DNA of 64,000 bases from an uncultured virus (IMG/VR IMGVR_UViG_3300030330_001568) (IMGVR_UViG_3300030330_001568); one strand, 5' to 3'. Counted from the first letter of the stretch, positions 9,901 through 20,788 are shown. A program made the numbers and translations. The notes: generated by a model from the letters alone, not told the origin.

Positions 9901-12900
9901 CAATAAATGGAAATAATTTCTCTGCTACTATAGGAATAAATTGCCTTCTTGTTTTTTGTTTCATTAAATCCAAAGTCTGTGCAGCCTCTTGTAACTTCTT
10001 TAGTACATCATTTGGCGGTTTATAGTTTGGATCTTTAATTTTTTCTACAAAAACATCAGGTAATTCCTCTAAGAAACTCATGTCCTGGTACAATGTTTGC
10101 ATCCTAAACAAGACATTTATAACTTCTTGTAGTCCTTTAGGACCTTTTTCTAGTATTTTAGGTATAGTTTCTAAGAAATCATCAAATAATTTAGACTGTG
10201 TCATTACATCATCATGAAAGTCAGCAACAGATGTAAACAAGTCTCTTGTTTGTTCTATTTGATTTATAATTTTTTTAATTCTATTTGATCTGTTTGTTGC
10301 AAACTCTATATTTTTTACCTGTTGTAAATCTTTTAATTGTTTATACAACTTTATAAGTATGTTATTAACTACATTATGATAAGGATCTACAGAGTTCATC
10401 TTTATCAGTTCTTCTAATTCTTTTGGTAGAAACTGCTCTACCTGTAGTATCATACCTTCTCTTCTACCATTTACAAATTCTAATAATCTGCCTTTTGCTT
10501 TCTTTTTTAAGTCTGCAAAGTTGTCAAATCCTAAATCTTTTGCATATTTTTCTTTGGTTACACGATTAAGTACTGCAAAGTTTCTAATAGGAACTTTCTT
10601 TTTAATGTATACTTTAGCACCGTACTTTCCTCCTCTAGATAAATTAACTATACTCTGTTCAATCGGCATTTTTAAACCATCAAACATTATAACAGTACCA
10701 CTGCCTTCTGTATTAATTTTTGCCATGGTATCGGGTGTTACACCTTTAATTGTAAGATTATCAAACAACTTACCATGAGGCATACTAAACAATTGATCTG
10801 AAGATCTTTCATTACTGTACTCTACCTCACTGTCTTGTAATAATCTATTTACAGGCTGCATTAAAGAAGACAACTTTTCTAACTCTGATCCTTCTTTTAC
10901 TTCTATACCAAGATACTTAGATAGTATTTGTATAAATTTATTCCACATTCTTTTTAGAATACCTCCTTCTTGTGCATCTGGAGATCTTAAGTTATTAAGG
11001 TCTTGAGCTATACCATATTCATTGTATAGTAAGTGTGTTACAATTTCTTCTGCTGCTTTCTCTTCATTTTTATAGAAGTTATTATACCTATTAAATATTC
11101 TTTGTATTGTTTGTATTTCGTTTTTACCTGCATGATCTTTTATAAGTTGTTTGTACCAAGACAATACATCTTTTCTTAATTTATTTTTTTGATCTTTAGG
11201 TAGTATATCTAGTCCTGCGTGTATTGCTTCTTCTAAGAAAGTATTTTGATCTAACTTACCTAGATATATTTTATTGTTAGAATAATAATTAGCTCCTCCT
11301 CTTGTATATTCTACTTGAACTCCTTGTTTTTGTAGTTTATCTAATAAGTTTTTAAATCCGTCATCAACATCAAGCTCTTCTGACATCTTATCAATAGTAT
11401 ATATACCATCTTCAAGCTGTTCTCTATCTGTTGGTACAGTCATTTCTAATCCTTCTTCTGTTTCTCCGGCATATACTTTTGCTTTTCTCTTAAGTTTTTT
11501 ATACTCATTGTCTGCCACTTTTCTTCTTTGTGGAGTTCTTTCGTAAGAATCTAAAGCATCAGACCATTTTCTAAATATACTAGGAGGTAAATATTTTACA
11601 AAAGAGTTAGCCTTATACTCTAATACAGAAGTACCAAACAAGTATTTTAAAAGCTGATCCGCTAGTCCTGGATTATCTTCAAATAAGTCTTCAAACATAC
11701 CTAACATCTCTCCTTCTATTTCAGGTGACATTTCAGTAAATGAATCTGCTAACAGTGTAAGCTTACCGTTTTCATCTCTTTCTATACGTAATAAATTATG
11801 TAATGCAATATTACTTCTAAACTTAGGATCTGCTTTTAACTGTTGTATTCTAGCTAAAACTTCTTGCATTTCTTTAGGAGTAGTCTTACCGTATACTGAT
11901 ATAAAAGCATCAGCTACCTCTGAGTTAGTTAACAACATAGATCCAATACTTTGAGTCATGTTCTTTATTATCCGTGCATTATTTTGGAAGACAGGATGAA
12001 CAAGTAAAGGATCTGATATTTTCATATTTCTGAGAGCATCTATTCCTTTTAGTCCTCTAGTAGTAGTCATGAATTGTATCATGTCGCCATACTCTGTTTC
12101 ATACTTTCTTACAACCTCATCGACAAACTCTAATGCTTTTAATTGTGTACCTAAGAATACATTATCTTCTTCATTTAGTTCTAGTTTTAGTACTTGATTA
12201 GGTAACCCTAAGTTTAAAAGAGTTTTTATATCTGTTTCATATGTAAGTCCACTGTCTAAACTTTCAGTAGTAAAAGGAGCTCCTTTGTTATTTGATACAG
12301 CTCGTATTTTTTGCACAAGCATTTGTCTTATTTCACCTCTTCTTTTCGCAGCTTCTTGTCTAGACTTTGCTACATTCAGTTTAGTATCGCTTTCTTTTAA
12401 CTCATTATATAATCTAAGTATTGGTTGGTTAACAAGCATTAGAGCTTCCATTTGAGATACTGCCATTCCTACTAAATGTCCAAATGTTTGTGACATGTCC
12501 GGATCTAGATTTAATCTAGGAGCAACACCTAACTTAACGTTATCTACAAACCAAGTTATTAATGTAGATATAGAGTCAAATTTATTTTTACCTGTAGGGT
12601 CTACTATTCTACCAAAACTACCAAAGTACTCATCATTAATATTTATTCCTACAGTAGATGTGTCAGGTGCAAACTGAGTCATAAACGATACAAGAGTATT
12701 TAAGTTTGCAGCTATACCTACATTTGTAGCACCTAATTTATTTTGTGTATGATAATCTAAAACTCCTACAACAGTATGTATAGGTTTTAGTTTATCTAGG
12801 TTAGGATATTTTTCTAAGAAACTATCAGCTTCTCCTTCTGAAGCAGGAATAAACATAACTTCTTGTACTTCTGGATCATTAAATACTTGTAACATGTTAT

Positions 12901-15900
12901 CAAGCATTTTATTTTGTTCTACTCTAGGATGAGCTACAGCTGCACTTCCATCTTCATCTATTAAGTTTAGCCTTTTCATAGCTTCTGGTAAGTCAAGCTT
13001 ATATGTACTCATCATTAACTTTACAAAAGGAGTCTGACTCCAGAACCTTTTGTATTCTACCAAGTCATTAGGATCTTCTATTACTTTTCCTTCATGGCTT
13101 GCATATCTATGTAAATAAAGTTTATCTAGGTCATAATCAGATCCTGCAAGACCTGGAAGCTCTCTAGGCGTTACAATAGAATCTCCTTTTGAGTCAGGTA
13201 AAAAGCCTACTACTTTTATAGGTATCATAGAATGATACGTTTGTGAAGGTATTCTAGTACCAAAAGCTTGTAATAATCTTTCGTCTGGAACTTCTTCTAT
13301 AGTTTTGTATTTATTTAAACCAAAGAATTTTCTAGATGCTAGTACCTCTGCATATTCTATTTTACCATTTACATTTCTATGTATACGTAAGGGTTGACCG
13401 GTTTGTGGATTAATGTAGTGAGTACCTGAAATTAAAGTTGCAACTCCCCCTACAACTTTAGATTTTAATGGTCCATCATTATGTACATTTACAAGAGCGT
13501 TTTCAACATAAGTTTTTATATTACCTAAACTTAAATTAAACGGTTTAGCAAGAGAAGGATCTAAGAAGCCTAATATTTGTGCTCCTCTATTTCCTTTTTG
13601 TGCATTCATATGTAACAGAGCACGTAATGCTTCTCTGTTTTGTGGATCTAAAAAGGCATTTACAACTGCTTCGTATGCTGCCTTTTGATCTGCGTTAGCC
13701 TGATTTAAATTATCGACCAACGATCTATCTTTTGTAATTACAGAACCAATAAGGTCATGTACCTGTTTTGCCATTACGGACTCATTTACTTGTCCTACTC
13801 TAGATTTAGATCTATTAATAACTTGATCTCTTTCGAATCTTAAGTTACCTGTTCTTATAAGACTAGAGTCTAATTCATTATCTGACTTAAAGAAATCTGC
13901 AGGAAGTGCAGGGAATGGCTTTCTTTTCTGTGAACTTAAAGGAACTAGATACATTATTTTATTAGAGTTAAGAAGATTATATATACGACCTAAGTCTGGA
14001 TTTTCTTCTGCTTCCTCTTTTGTAATTATGTTATCAGACTTTTTGAAATAGTCTTCCATGTTTTCTGATACTGTTTTTGTACTATTAAGATCTAGAGCTC
14101 TTCTTTCTTCGGGTGTTAATTCTATAGAAGGATCATCTAATCTAGCTGCTAGTTTAGTTAGAGCTGAGAATTCTATATCATTTTTATACTTACCTGCTTC
14201 TAGTTGACGTACAGCATACATTTCTTCAGTCATGTGCACTTGAGCATCACTAGTATTACTCTTAGTTCCAAACTCAGTATCTATTATTTCATCTTCTATA
14301 AAGAGATAGTTATAGTCTGATTGACCCATGACATCACCAGCTGCGTTAGGTCCTGCCATTCTTTTATTCATATCTCTGTCGTCTATAAAGTTTGCATCAC
14401 CATGCATTAACTGTGTCCAAGAAACAGACATTATAAAGTGATTAATAGCGAATCTTCCTACTTTATTATTTATAGTACCTTGAAGAGGACTATCAAGTCT
14501 AAGGTCTCTAAGTTGTTCTCTAATATTTAAATTATCTATTCTTTCATTAGTATCAGCTACAACTTGTTCTAACATAGGTTTTATAACCTTTTGTTTTATA
14601 TCAGCAGCTAAGCCATCTAAATTATTTTTTCTACCTCTTAGAAAATCAGGAAGAAGTTGACCTTCATACTCAACATCATTTAATTGTTGTAGTACACCAA
14701 AGTAATTAACTTTATTATTTTTACTTATTAATAGTTCTCCTGTTGCATTTCTATTAACTTCTCTAACAAATATAGAATTGTATACATCGTCTATTGCTTC
14801 TTGTGTTACACCTTCATTATAGTATGTATCTATTACCGGCATTCTTATACCGAACATTGATTTTTTATCTGCAATTACATGTGGTATGTAGTAAGCTGTT
14901 CCAGGTATGTCTCTTTTTTGGAATAATGCAAAGTGTAATAAAAGTCTTTCTCTTTCTACTAAATTTTTGTTTACTTTACCTTTTTTATTTATAACAACAT
15001 CCCCTACATACTGTAGATCTAATGTACTTAGTGCTCCTTTTTTAATTAATAGATTATAGTTACCTGCTTTTATAAAGCTTTTATTTCCTTTTTTTAGAGA
15101 ATTGGTTGCCTCTATGTAATAGTTTCTTTGTGTATACTTATAGTGAGCATTACCGTCAGCGTCTATATAATTAGGTTCATAAACAGTAGGATCAAACATA
15201 GCAGCTATTCGTGCTAGTTTAAACATATTAGTTTTTGTTTTATTTTTTTTGTTAAAATCAGATATATAACCTCTAAAGAATTTTTTAGGATTACTTATTA
15301 ATTCATTAGTTTGTAATTCTGTAAATGCACTTACTACCTGTTCATCTCCTAGTATATAAGCAGCTGCTCCTTTAGTTAACTGCCATCCTAATTTATCAAA
15401 CTCTTTTATTAACTTATCTATCTGAGCAGAAGTCGGATCAGACTCTACGCTTTCTATTAAATTTGCAATATTGTCTATAGCTTTTTTATCTTTTGTGTTT
15501 TTACTTTTCCACATTCTGAATACTTGATTAGCTCCATCATGTTCTAGCGGATCTATAAATATAAATCTACCTTTGTTATCACCAACAAGCTTTAGAAACT
15601 TCATTGGTTCTTTATTAAAGTTACTTTCAAATGCTGTTTTTACATGCTTGTGTGCAGGATCATTTAATGCAGATAGAACTAAAGCTGCTTGTTCATCATA
15701 CTTAGCGAGAGCTTCTAGTCTTCTTTGTAAGTTAACTAAGCTTCCATCATTTGCTAATGCTTTTACTAAGTGAGACGCAAGATTATGTCCGTTTAAAGTT
15801 TTACGTATAGTCTCTGTACCATATTGTTTAGACTGCCATTTAGTTCTACCAAAGTTATCTTTAGCCTCAGAAGTTAGTAATGATATAAATTGTTTTATTC

Positions 15901-18900
15901 TAGAAGATAAAGATTTAACTCCCCCAAGTTCTGTAAAACTTATGTTAAAGTCTGTTCGTCCTTCGTCTAATATATCAAAATCAGTTGCAAGAAAAACAAC
16001 TTGTCTCTTTACTTCATTTATAATATCATCTTTTATTTCTTGATTTGTTTCTAGTTTTAGTTTTGTTAAAAATGCTTGTCTAAATTTACTTTTTATATCA
16101 GCTGCTTCTTCAGCGGTATACTCTTTAGACCCATCCATAAAACTTTGTGGAGTTAGTCCAGCTATGTATGCATCTAATATTTTTTCTATTAGTGCATCTT
16201 CCATAGGTTTATCTATATCTAAAACAGCTAGAGTTTCACTGTAATTATTTGACCCGTATATATACTTAGCAACTATTTGTTTTATAATATCTTTACGTAC
16301 TTCGTTGTTTAGTCTACCTTCTGGTAGTGAGCTCATAAGATCTCCTCCATCTTGACTAAGGTCGTCTAGAAGATCTTCTGCTGATATTTTTTTATTTGTA
16401 TCAGGTTTGTCTTCTAGTTTTACTTCTTCTCTTACAGTAGTTTTTTTCTTTTTTGGTTTTGTTTTTTGTGTTGGTGTTACAGGTTTACCTTTTACTGGAG
16501 TTTCAAAAAACTCATTTTTAGGAGTTATTATCATAGTAGGATTATCAAAATTACTACTAGATGGTTCTAACGTAGTTTCAAAGGAACTAGGATCTACTAC
16601 TACATCCTTACCAGGGAGAGGTATGCTTTGTTTAAAACTATTTACCCCTATAGTAGATAGTCCATATTTTTTCATTACGTTGTTTACAGTCGATATAATA
16701 TTGTCTAAAGATACATCTGGTCTTTGTGTTCTTTTATATAGCTTGTGATACTCTCCATTTCTTCTTTGAGTTATTTCTAACTTAAGTTCGTATTTGTCTG
16801 TTTTTCTATTATAGTCTGCTATTACATGTACCCCTATATCTTTTTCTGCAGCTATAAATAAATCTAGATCTTTATTAATACTCTCTATGTAATCTTTTAA
16901 GTTAACTTCTTCACTTCCTTCTTTCTTAATTTTATTTGCTTTTTCTATTGCAGCTTTTGCACGTTTAAGTCTCTCTTTGATATCTGCACTTGCTAGCTGT
17001 CTAGGATTAACTCTAACCCATTTAGTAGTATTACCTCTCTTTACTAATGCAAAGTATCTACCGTCAAAAGATGGTAGTCGACTTAACTCGTCTTTTGTAA
17101 ATTCTTTTCCTATAATAGCTTTTTGTTCTTGTCTATCATATATTCTATAGTCTCCATCAAAAGTATGATCACCTACAAGTAAGTCTGTAATTAATAATCT
17201 TTTTTTAGTTTTATTACTAACTAGCCCAACTTCAAAACTAATATCAAACTGTGACTCATCAAGAATAATAGGATTTTCTTCAGTAGCATTTTTATATTCT
17301 CCTTCTAAATACTCTATTAGTTGAACTAGCTTAGTGTAGTGCATACCAAACTCTTTCCATTCTTGTTTTGTAAATGGTGTATTTTTATCAAAGTTATCAG
17401 AGAAAAACTGTCTAGTCATTTTGTCTCCAGGTATAAGTTTACCAGACTTATCATAGAATCTACTAGGAGTTCTTATAACTGCTATCACAGTATTATCAGA
17501 TGTATCTACTATTTTTAAGTAAGAGCCATTCATGTTTATATCCATGTTTTCTTCTTTTATAGCAGAGTCTGATAGTTCTCTTTTCTTGTAAACAAATTGT
17601 ATTTGTATTCTATTTATTAAATCTTTATCCTTAAGTATTAAAGCTTCTAATTGATCTCGCTGTTCATCATTTAAACCAACAGCGTGTAGCCAATATGTTT
17701 TTAAGAAATTATCTCTATGTTTTTCTCTACCAAAGTCAGTAACTTTAAGTATTACTTCTTCTTCGGGTACTTTTATATTATTTCCAAGATTGTCTAAAGT
17801 TTCACTAACATACACAACCTTATTATTAATATCTTTCTCTACACTAGCTACTTGATGTAAGTTGCCATCTTTATCTTCTATCATTTTAACTTTAGCACTA
17901 GGTACTATAACATTACTTATAGCTTGACTTTCTAGACCTACTTGCTTTTCAATTCTTTCTGCTTCTTCTTTAGCTTCTCTTTTTCTTTTTTCTTTTATAG
18001 TTTCATTTTTCTTAGGTTGTTCTTTAGGATTAGTAGTTAATGGTTTTTCTTCTTCTGCTCTCTTTTCTTCTGTTGTCTTCATTTCATTATTTACTTTCTC
18101 TACTATACCATCCCAGGTACTAGAATCTGTAAAGTAAGTATCCATCTGCTCATCGAGTTGTTCTATATATTTTTCATATTTTTTTATTTCATCTTCTACT
18201 TGTTGTTTTTGAGCTGCAGTAAGAGCACCTAAAGTTCTTTTCAGTTCGGTATCTCCTAGTATTTTCTTTAGTACGTTTCTTGCTCTTCTTCTATTTGCCG
18301 GTGTGTCATTTACAAGTAAGTCTCTTAAGTATTCTATTCTACTCTGATGTAAGCTTTTTTCTCTAGATAAATGAAAGATAGCATTTCTTACAGTAGAAGG
18401 CATTTTATTTATTTTTGTTTCATCTACTTTTTTTGGATCAGAGTATATATCTAAAAAGTTTTCTAAAACTTTCTTTTGTTCTTTTCGTGCATTTAGTTCT
18501 ATTTTAAGTTGTCTTGTTTTTTTGTTTTTTTCTTTGCTGCTAAGATCAGGATTAGCATTTATTTTAGATATTCTTCTATTCAAAGACTCTATTTGTTTAT
18601 TGTTTTCTTGTTCAGATAATAAGAACTGTCCAACAAGACCTTGATCTTCTATAGATAGATGACTATATCCTACACCATTAGCATTCCATACATTAATTAA
18701 ATCACCTATTCTTTTCTTTAGTTTTTTAGTTTGATACTTACCTAATAAATTCATTCCTCCTAAATGATCTACTTGGTTTAGTAGTTCTTGTCCATTACCT
18801 TCTGCTATCATTCTCATAAGATCTGCCTCGCCTCTAGCATTACTAATAAATCTAGTTGATCCTCCTAGTATAAATCCAATAGCGGCTTCTTCTAATAACT

Positions 18901-20788
18901 TATTTGCATCAAAAGGAGTAGTATTAAACATTCCCATGCCAGGTCTTTTACCATCCTCTCCTGCTATTAAGTTGTTGTAAGTTTTTGTAGCTCCATCTAT
19001 AATAGCACCTTGTATAAATTCTTCGCTTCCTTCTTCAAGTCCAGATCCGGTTGCTCTAGCTGTTCTTGTTAGTAAGTTAGTACCATATTTACCTGCACTT
19101 TTAACTCCTACGCTTTCTAAATATCTAAAAGGTGAGTTAAGAAAATCGTCTCCTTTTTGTAAAAACTTATTAATTTTTTGTAGTATATAAGGAGTAGCTT
19201 GATCTAAGGTTTGTTTGGTATTCATCTTCATACCTCCTCTTTTACCAAAGTCTAGTATAGCTTTAGTCATAGCTCTTGTGCCGTATGTACCGAATGCTCT
19301 ATTAGCTAATGCATTTGTTCCTACACCATACTCTACTAAGGTATTTATAAATCCTACAGTAAGTGCTAGTCCTGCAGCATCGTCATCATCTAACCCATCC
19401 ATTTTAGCCATTGAGTATACTTCTCCAGCATTTAACGGCATACCTCCCGACATATGACCAATCATACTTACCGCTCTTCTAGGAAACTTAGTAAGCATTT
19501 TTTTAGTAACTAGTTTTACAGCTCCTTTTACTCCTGCTGCTCCTACTCCACCTAACCCCCAAAAAGATAACAAAGAAGCAAGACCACTACCTAATCCATT
19601 TCCAAAAGAATCTCCACTAGAAAACAGAGAGTCTGTCTGTTGCATTGCTGTTTTTGCATACTTATTAAAGTTGTAAGCAGTTCTAGCAGAAGCTGCAAGT
19701 CTATCAGTAAAACCATCAGGATTTAGATCTGAGTCCACACCATCAAAAGCATCTCCAACTATTTCTCCAAAGTTTACAAGGCTTTCCCATGTGCTACCTA
19801 AACCTTCACTAAACCCATCTACAAAAGAATGTAATGTACCTTTTTGTACTTGACCTACTCCATAAGGACTAAGTAATGCACCTCTTAGGTTCATAAACTC
19901 CTCTTCAGATAAGCTCGATTCTTGTAGATACCATTGTTGTTCATCTTCATCATATACTGGATAGTATCCTTTTTCTTTAAAAAAGTACGATGATATATCC
20001 ATTCCTTTAAAAGGTCTAAACATATTTTCTTTAGACTCTTGAGCTCTATTTTCTATTCTTTGTAACTGACCTTTGTACTCTTCATTATTTTCTAAAAACT
20101 TTATAAGCTCAGGACTTTGGCGATCTCCAAATACACTTTCTCTAATAAAGTCTTCATACCCGTAAGTACGTTTAAATAGTTTTCCATCATTGTCTTCTCC
20201 CCATATTCTTTCAAACCAATTAGCATTGTCAAATCTATATCCACTTTCTGGGTCACTAAAGTCAACTTTAGTTCCATCTTCTAGAATAACTCTACCTGAT
20301 CTACCTGCTTCTACCCCTTTTCTTTTTGCTATTGTAGCAGCTGGATTAAAATCACTTCTACCTGACCCTCCTGCAAGAAATGTAGTATTAGGTTTATTTA
20401 ATATTATAGTATCTGGAGCCCATACAGGAGGTGTAATCATTTCATCCGGTGTAATAGGAATTAAAGGAGGTGTGTATTCGAAGTCCACTTCTTCTAATGA
20501 ATAGGTAGGTGTATATTGTTCCATTCCAACCTGAATAGGATCTCCTCGTCTATCATTCATACCAGGAGTATAATCCGGATTGTCCTTCATTTTATCTAAA
20601 CTAAAACGAGAAAAAGGATCATTCTCTCTAGGAGCATAATTAGATATAAGATTACTACTTACAATAGGAAGCTTCTCAGTAACAGGAATAGTGTTTTTAT
20701 TATCTGCAGGAGGATTAAAGTTTTGAAGTTTTTCTAGTAGTTGTCCTCCACCCTGTAATTTTTTACCTTGTGTTTTCTTAGTTGACAT
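6896..20788 (-). CDS. Giant (4630 aa) virion-packaged RNA polymerase polyprotein of crAss-like type
   Basis: RIPSQ...GSDYDLDK (DxDxD, ~13121-13144) as in two-barrel crAss-like RNAPs; zincin-like EEAIH (~11219-11233); hydrophobic helices near both ends; last gene of the structural arm. Confidence 0.85.
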   Translation of the reverse strand: MSTKKTQGKKLQGGGQLLEKLQNFNPPADNKNTIPVTEKLPIVSSNLISNYAPRENDPFSRFSLDKMKDNPDYTPGMNDRRGDPIQVGMEQYTPTYSLEEVDFEYTPPLIPITPDEMITPPVWAPDTIILNKPNTTFLAGGSGRSDFNPAATIAKRKGVEAGRSGRVILEDGTKVDFSDPESGYRFDNANWFERIWGEDNDGKLFKRTYGYEDFIRESVFGDRQSPELIKFLENNEEYKGQLQRIENRAQESKENMFRPFKGMDISSYFFKEKGYYPVYDEDEQQWYLQESSLSEEEFMNLRGALLSPYGVGQVQKGTLHSFVDGFSEGLGSTWESLVNFGEIVGDAFDGVDSDLNPDGFTDRLAASARTAYNFNKYAKTAMQQTDSLFSSGDSFGNGLGSGLASLLSFWGLGGVGAAGVKGAVKLVTKKMLTKFPRRAVSMIGHMSGGMPLNAGEVYSMAKMDGLDDDDAAGLALTVGFINTLVEYGVGTNALANRAFGTYGTRAMTKAILDFGKRGGMKMNTKQTLDQATPYILQKINKFLQKGDDFLNSPFRYLESVGVKSAGKYGTNLLTRTARATGSGLEEGSEEFIQGAIIDGATKTYNNLIAGEDGKRPGMGMFNTTPFDANKLLEEAAIGFILGGSTRFISNARGEADLMRMIAEGNGQELLNQVDHLGGMNLLGKYQTKKLKKRIGDLINVWNANGVGYSHLSIEDQGLVGQFLLSEQENNKQIESLNRRISKINANPDLSSKEKNKKTRQLKIELNARKEQKKVLENFLDIYSDPKKVDETKINKMPSTVRNAIFHLSREKSLHQSRIEYLRDLLVNDTPANRRRARNVLKKILGDTELKRTLGALTAAQKQQVEDEIKKYEKYIEQLDEQMDTYFTDSSTWDGIVEKVNNEMKTTEEKRAEEEKPLTTNPKEQPKKNETIKEKRKREAKEEAERIEKQVGLESQAISNVIVPSAKVKMIEDKDGNLHQVASVEKDINNKVVYVSETLDNLGNNIKVPEEEVILKVTDFGREKHRDNFLKTYWLHAVGLNDEQRDQLEALILKDKDLINRIQIQFVYKKRELSDSAIKEENMDINMNGSYLKIVDTSDNTVIAVIRTPSRFYDKSGKLIPGDKMTRQFFSDNFDKNTPFTKQEWKEFGMHYTKLVQLIEYLEGEYKNATEENPIILDESQFDISFEVGLVSNKTKKRLLITDLLVGDHTFDGDYRIYDRQEQKAIIGKEFTKDELSRLPSFDGRYFALVKRGNTTKWVRVNPRQLASADIKERLKRAKAAIEKANKIKKEGSEEVNLKDYIESINKDLDLFIAAEKDIGVHVIADYNRKTDKYELKLEITQRRNGEYHKLYKRTQRPDVSLDNIISTVNNVMKKYGLSTIGVNSFKQSIPLPGKDVVVDPSSFETTLEPSSSNFDNPTMIITPKNEFFETPVKGKPVTPTQKTKPKKKKTTVREEVKLEDKPDTNKKISAEDLLDDLSQDGGDLMSSLPEGRLNNEVRKDIIKQIVAKYIYGSNNYSETLAVLDIDKPMEDALIEKILDAYIAGLTPQSFMDGSKEYTAEEAADIKSKFRQAFLTKLKLETNQEIKDDIINEVKRQVVFLATDFDILDEGRTDFNISFTELGGVKSLSSRIKQFISLLTSEAKDNFGRTKWQSKQYGTETIRKTLNGHNLASHLVKALANDGSLVNLQRRLEALAKYDEQAALVLSALNDPAHKHVKTAFESNFNKEPMKFLKLVGDNKGRFIFIDPLEHDGANQVFRMWKSKNTKDKKAIDNIANLIESVESDPTSAQIDKLIKEFDKLGWQLTKGAAAYILGDEQVVSAFTELQTNELISNPKKFFRGYISDFNKKNKTKTNMFKLARIAAMFDPTVYEPNYIDADGNAHYKYTQRNYYIEATNSLKKGNKSFIKAGNYNLLIKKGALSTLDLQYVGDVVINKKGKVNKNLVERERLLLHFALFQKRDIPGTAYYIPHVIADKKSMFGIRMPVIDTYYNEGVTQEAIDDVYNSIFVREVNRNATGELLISKNNKVNYFGVLQQLNDVEYEGQLLPDFLRGRKNNLDGLAADIKQKVIKPMLEQVVADTNERIDNLNIREQLRDLRLDSPLQGTINNKVGRFAINHFIMSVSWTQLMHGDANFIDDRDMNKRMAGPNAAGDVMGQSDYNYLFIEDEIIDTEFGTKSNTSDAQVHMTEEMYAVRQLEAGKYKNDIEFSALTKLAARLDDPSIELTPEERRALDLNSTKTVSENMEDYFKKSDNIITKEEAEENPDLGRIYNLLNSNKIMYLVPLSSQKRKPFPALPADFFKSDNELDSSLIRTGNLRFERDQVINRSKSRVGQVNESVMAKQVHDLIGSVITKDRSLVDNLNQANADQKAAYEAVVNAFLDPQNREALRALLHMNAQKGNRGAQILGFLDPSLAKPFNLSLGNIKTYVENALVNVHNDGPLKSKVVGGVATLISGTHYINPQTGQPLRIHRNVNGKIEYAEVLASRKFFGLNKYKTIEEVPDERLLQAFGTRIPSQTYHSMIPIKVVGFLPDSKGDSIVTPRELPGLAGSDYDLDKLYLHRYASHEGKVIEDPNDLVEYKRFWSQTPFVKLMMSTYKLDLPEAMKRLNLIDEDGSAAVAHPRVEQNKMLDNMLQVFNDPEVQEVMFIPASEGEADSFLEKYPNLDKLKPIHTVVGVLDYHTQNKLGATNVGIAANLNTLVSFMTQFAPDTSTVGININDEYFGSFGRIVDPTGKNKFDSISTLITWFVDNVKLGVAPRLNLDPDMSQTFGHLVGMAVSQMEALMLVNQPILRLYNELKESDTKLNVAKSRQEAAKRRGEIRQMLVQKIRAVSNNKGAPFTTESLDSGLTYETDIKTLLNLGLPNQVLKLELNEEDNVFLGTQLKALEFVDEVVRKYETEYGDMIQFMTTTRGLKGIDALRNMKISDPLLVHPVFQNNARIIKNMTQSIGSMLLTNSEVADAFISVYGKTTPKEMQEVLARIQQLKADPKFRSNIALHNLLRIERDENGKLTLLADSFTEMSPEIEGEMLGMFEDLFEDNPGLADQLLKYLFGTSVLEYKANSFVKYLPPSIFRKWSDALDSYERTPQRRKVADNEYKKLKRKAKVYAGETEEGLEMTVPTDREQLEDGIYTIDKMSEELDVDDGFKNLLDKLQKQGVQVEYTRGGANYYSNNKIYLGKLDQNTFLEEAIHAGLDILPKDQKNKLRKDVLSWYKQLIKDHAGKNEIQTIQRIFNRYNNFYKNEEKAAEEIVTHLLYNEYGIAQDLNNLRSPDAQEGGILKRMWNKFIQILSKYLGIEVKEGSELEKLSSLMQPVNRLLQDSEVEYSNERSSDQLFSMPHGKLFDNLTIKGVTPDTMAKINTEGSGTVIMFDGLKMPIEQSIVNLSRGGKYGAKVYIKKKVPIRNFAVLNRVTKEKYAKDLGFDNFADLKKKAKGRLLEFVNGRREGMILQVEQFLPKELEELIKMNSVDPYHNVVNNILIKLYKQLKDLQQVKNIEFATNRSNRIKKIINQIEQTRDLFTSVADFHDDVMTQSKLFDDFLETIPKILEKGPKGLQEVINVLFRMQTLYQDMSFLEELPDVFVEKIKDPNYKPPNDVLKKLQEAAQTLDLMKQKTRRQFIPIVAEKLFPFIERSGPATKAYVDQRLKITADQIETVRNSDLTPEKKNKKIIELNKEFNRLTRLAEQAPQSVQQYKDFFMYTTHDDSFINYLLTSPATSGDPGVAALVNYTNALYNDIRMQALEIANELERAEELVIQGLEEAGTPPQKTKGVYNPKTLYDALIQRVSHNGRDVMQLVTQYDSERFERELKEQEEKLIKTQEDFLRFKAQLEKRRKKTLETYKKKLDSFNRLDDELKTAVIQQQISELEASISRVQTQIQQGATEKEVIRFATRTWRAVNTVPKDVREIQAIIKRLPPAEVRSWASNQMNYAAMYYHNIISADEYTLLQDIDKASGIKPTQDRAYFGYQVTIPKFINPKWRKLYKRVKRKGPDGQTIEVEVPKNKLGQAHEIFTRIYKDALATTGVQQTVNMQLPSLRRGTLDRILDYGVWSEIKEQASRLFTIDEDDAFVYGSAVIEGQSSRRAPVYFTQEIDADDVSLDIKSSLMIFANAAARTEANNEVLKTAYLLEDIYKRERVADPEESSSIGLAKIGRKIMNFRPGQSNSEKRIEKFIEMVLLGQTKKSDQVEIFGKTLQFDKVVDGLLGYTAITTLGLDFLKGTRNALTAFWQQAIESGANRANKDRLSTNDFIAGHRIMRQGWYELYKDKYERLGNRSKLGQLLIKFDAIQGNFEDFVGKQLVGRQALRAFISTDSFLLNYHVGEVQMQGAAAIGLMLKKKIKLGNNEYNLYNAFFVNKENKLEYVEGTPEQKKEADKIVRDTINEIREMNRRLNGNYRSMDRPPAEQSSIGRAAMLFRKFLVPIAMNRWRADFVNHESGRPDGGFYRRFFRDFINNLKTSVEKNAFSKIMDAGKRATATKEDRELAFKLLHEVITLNILGFLGFMLTQALDDDDEDFINYPAYLALYLIKTTYAEIQAFSPFIGPLPINFSGMFREGLRVVRSPSAMTTGIDRFIKLNAQMFDPFEEYQRDAGQYKKGDSKLKARFLEVLGYSSGLQFNPDAALDNFLAANKRL

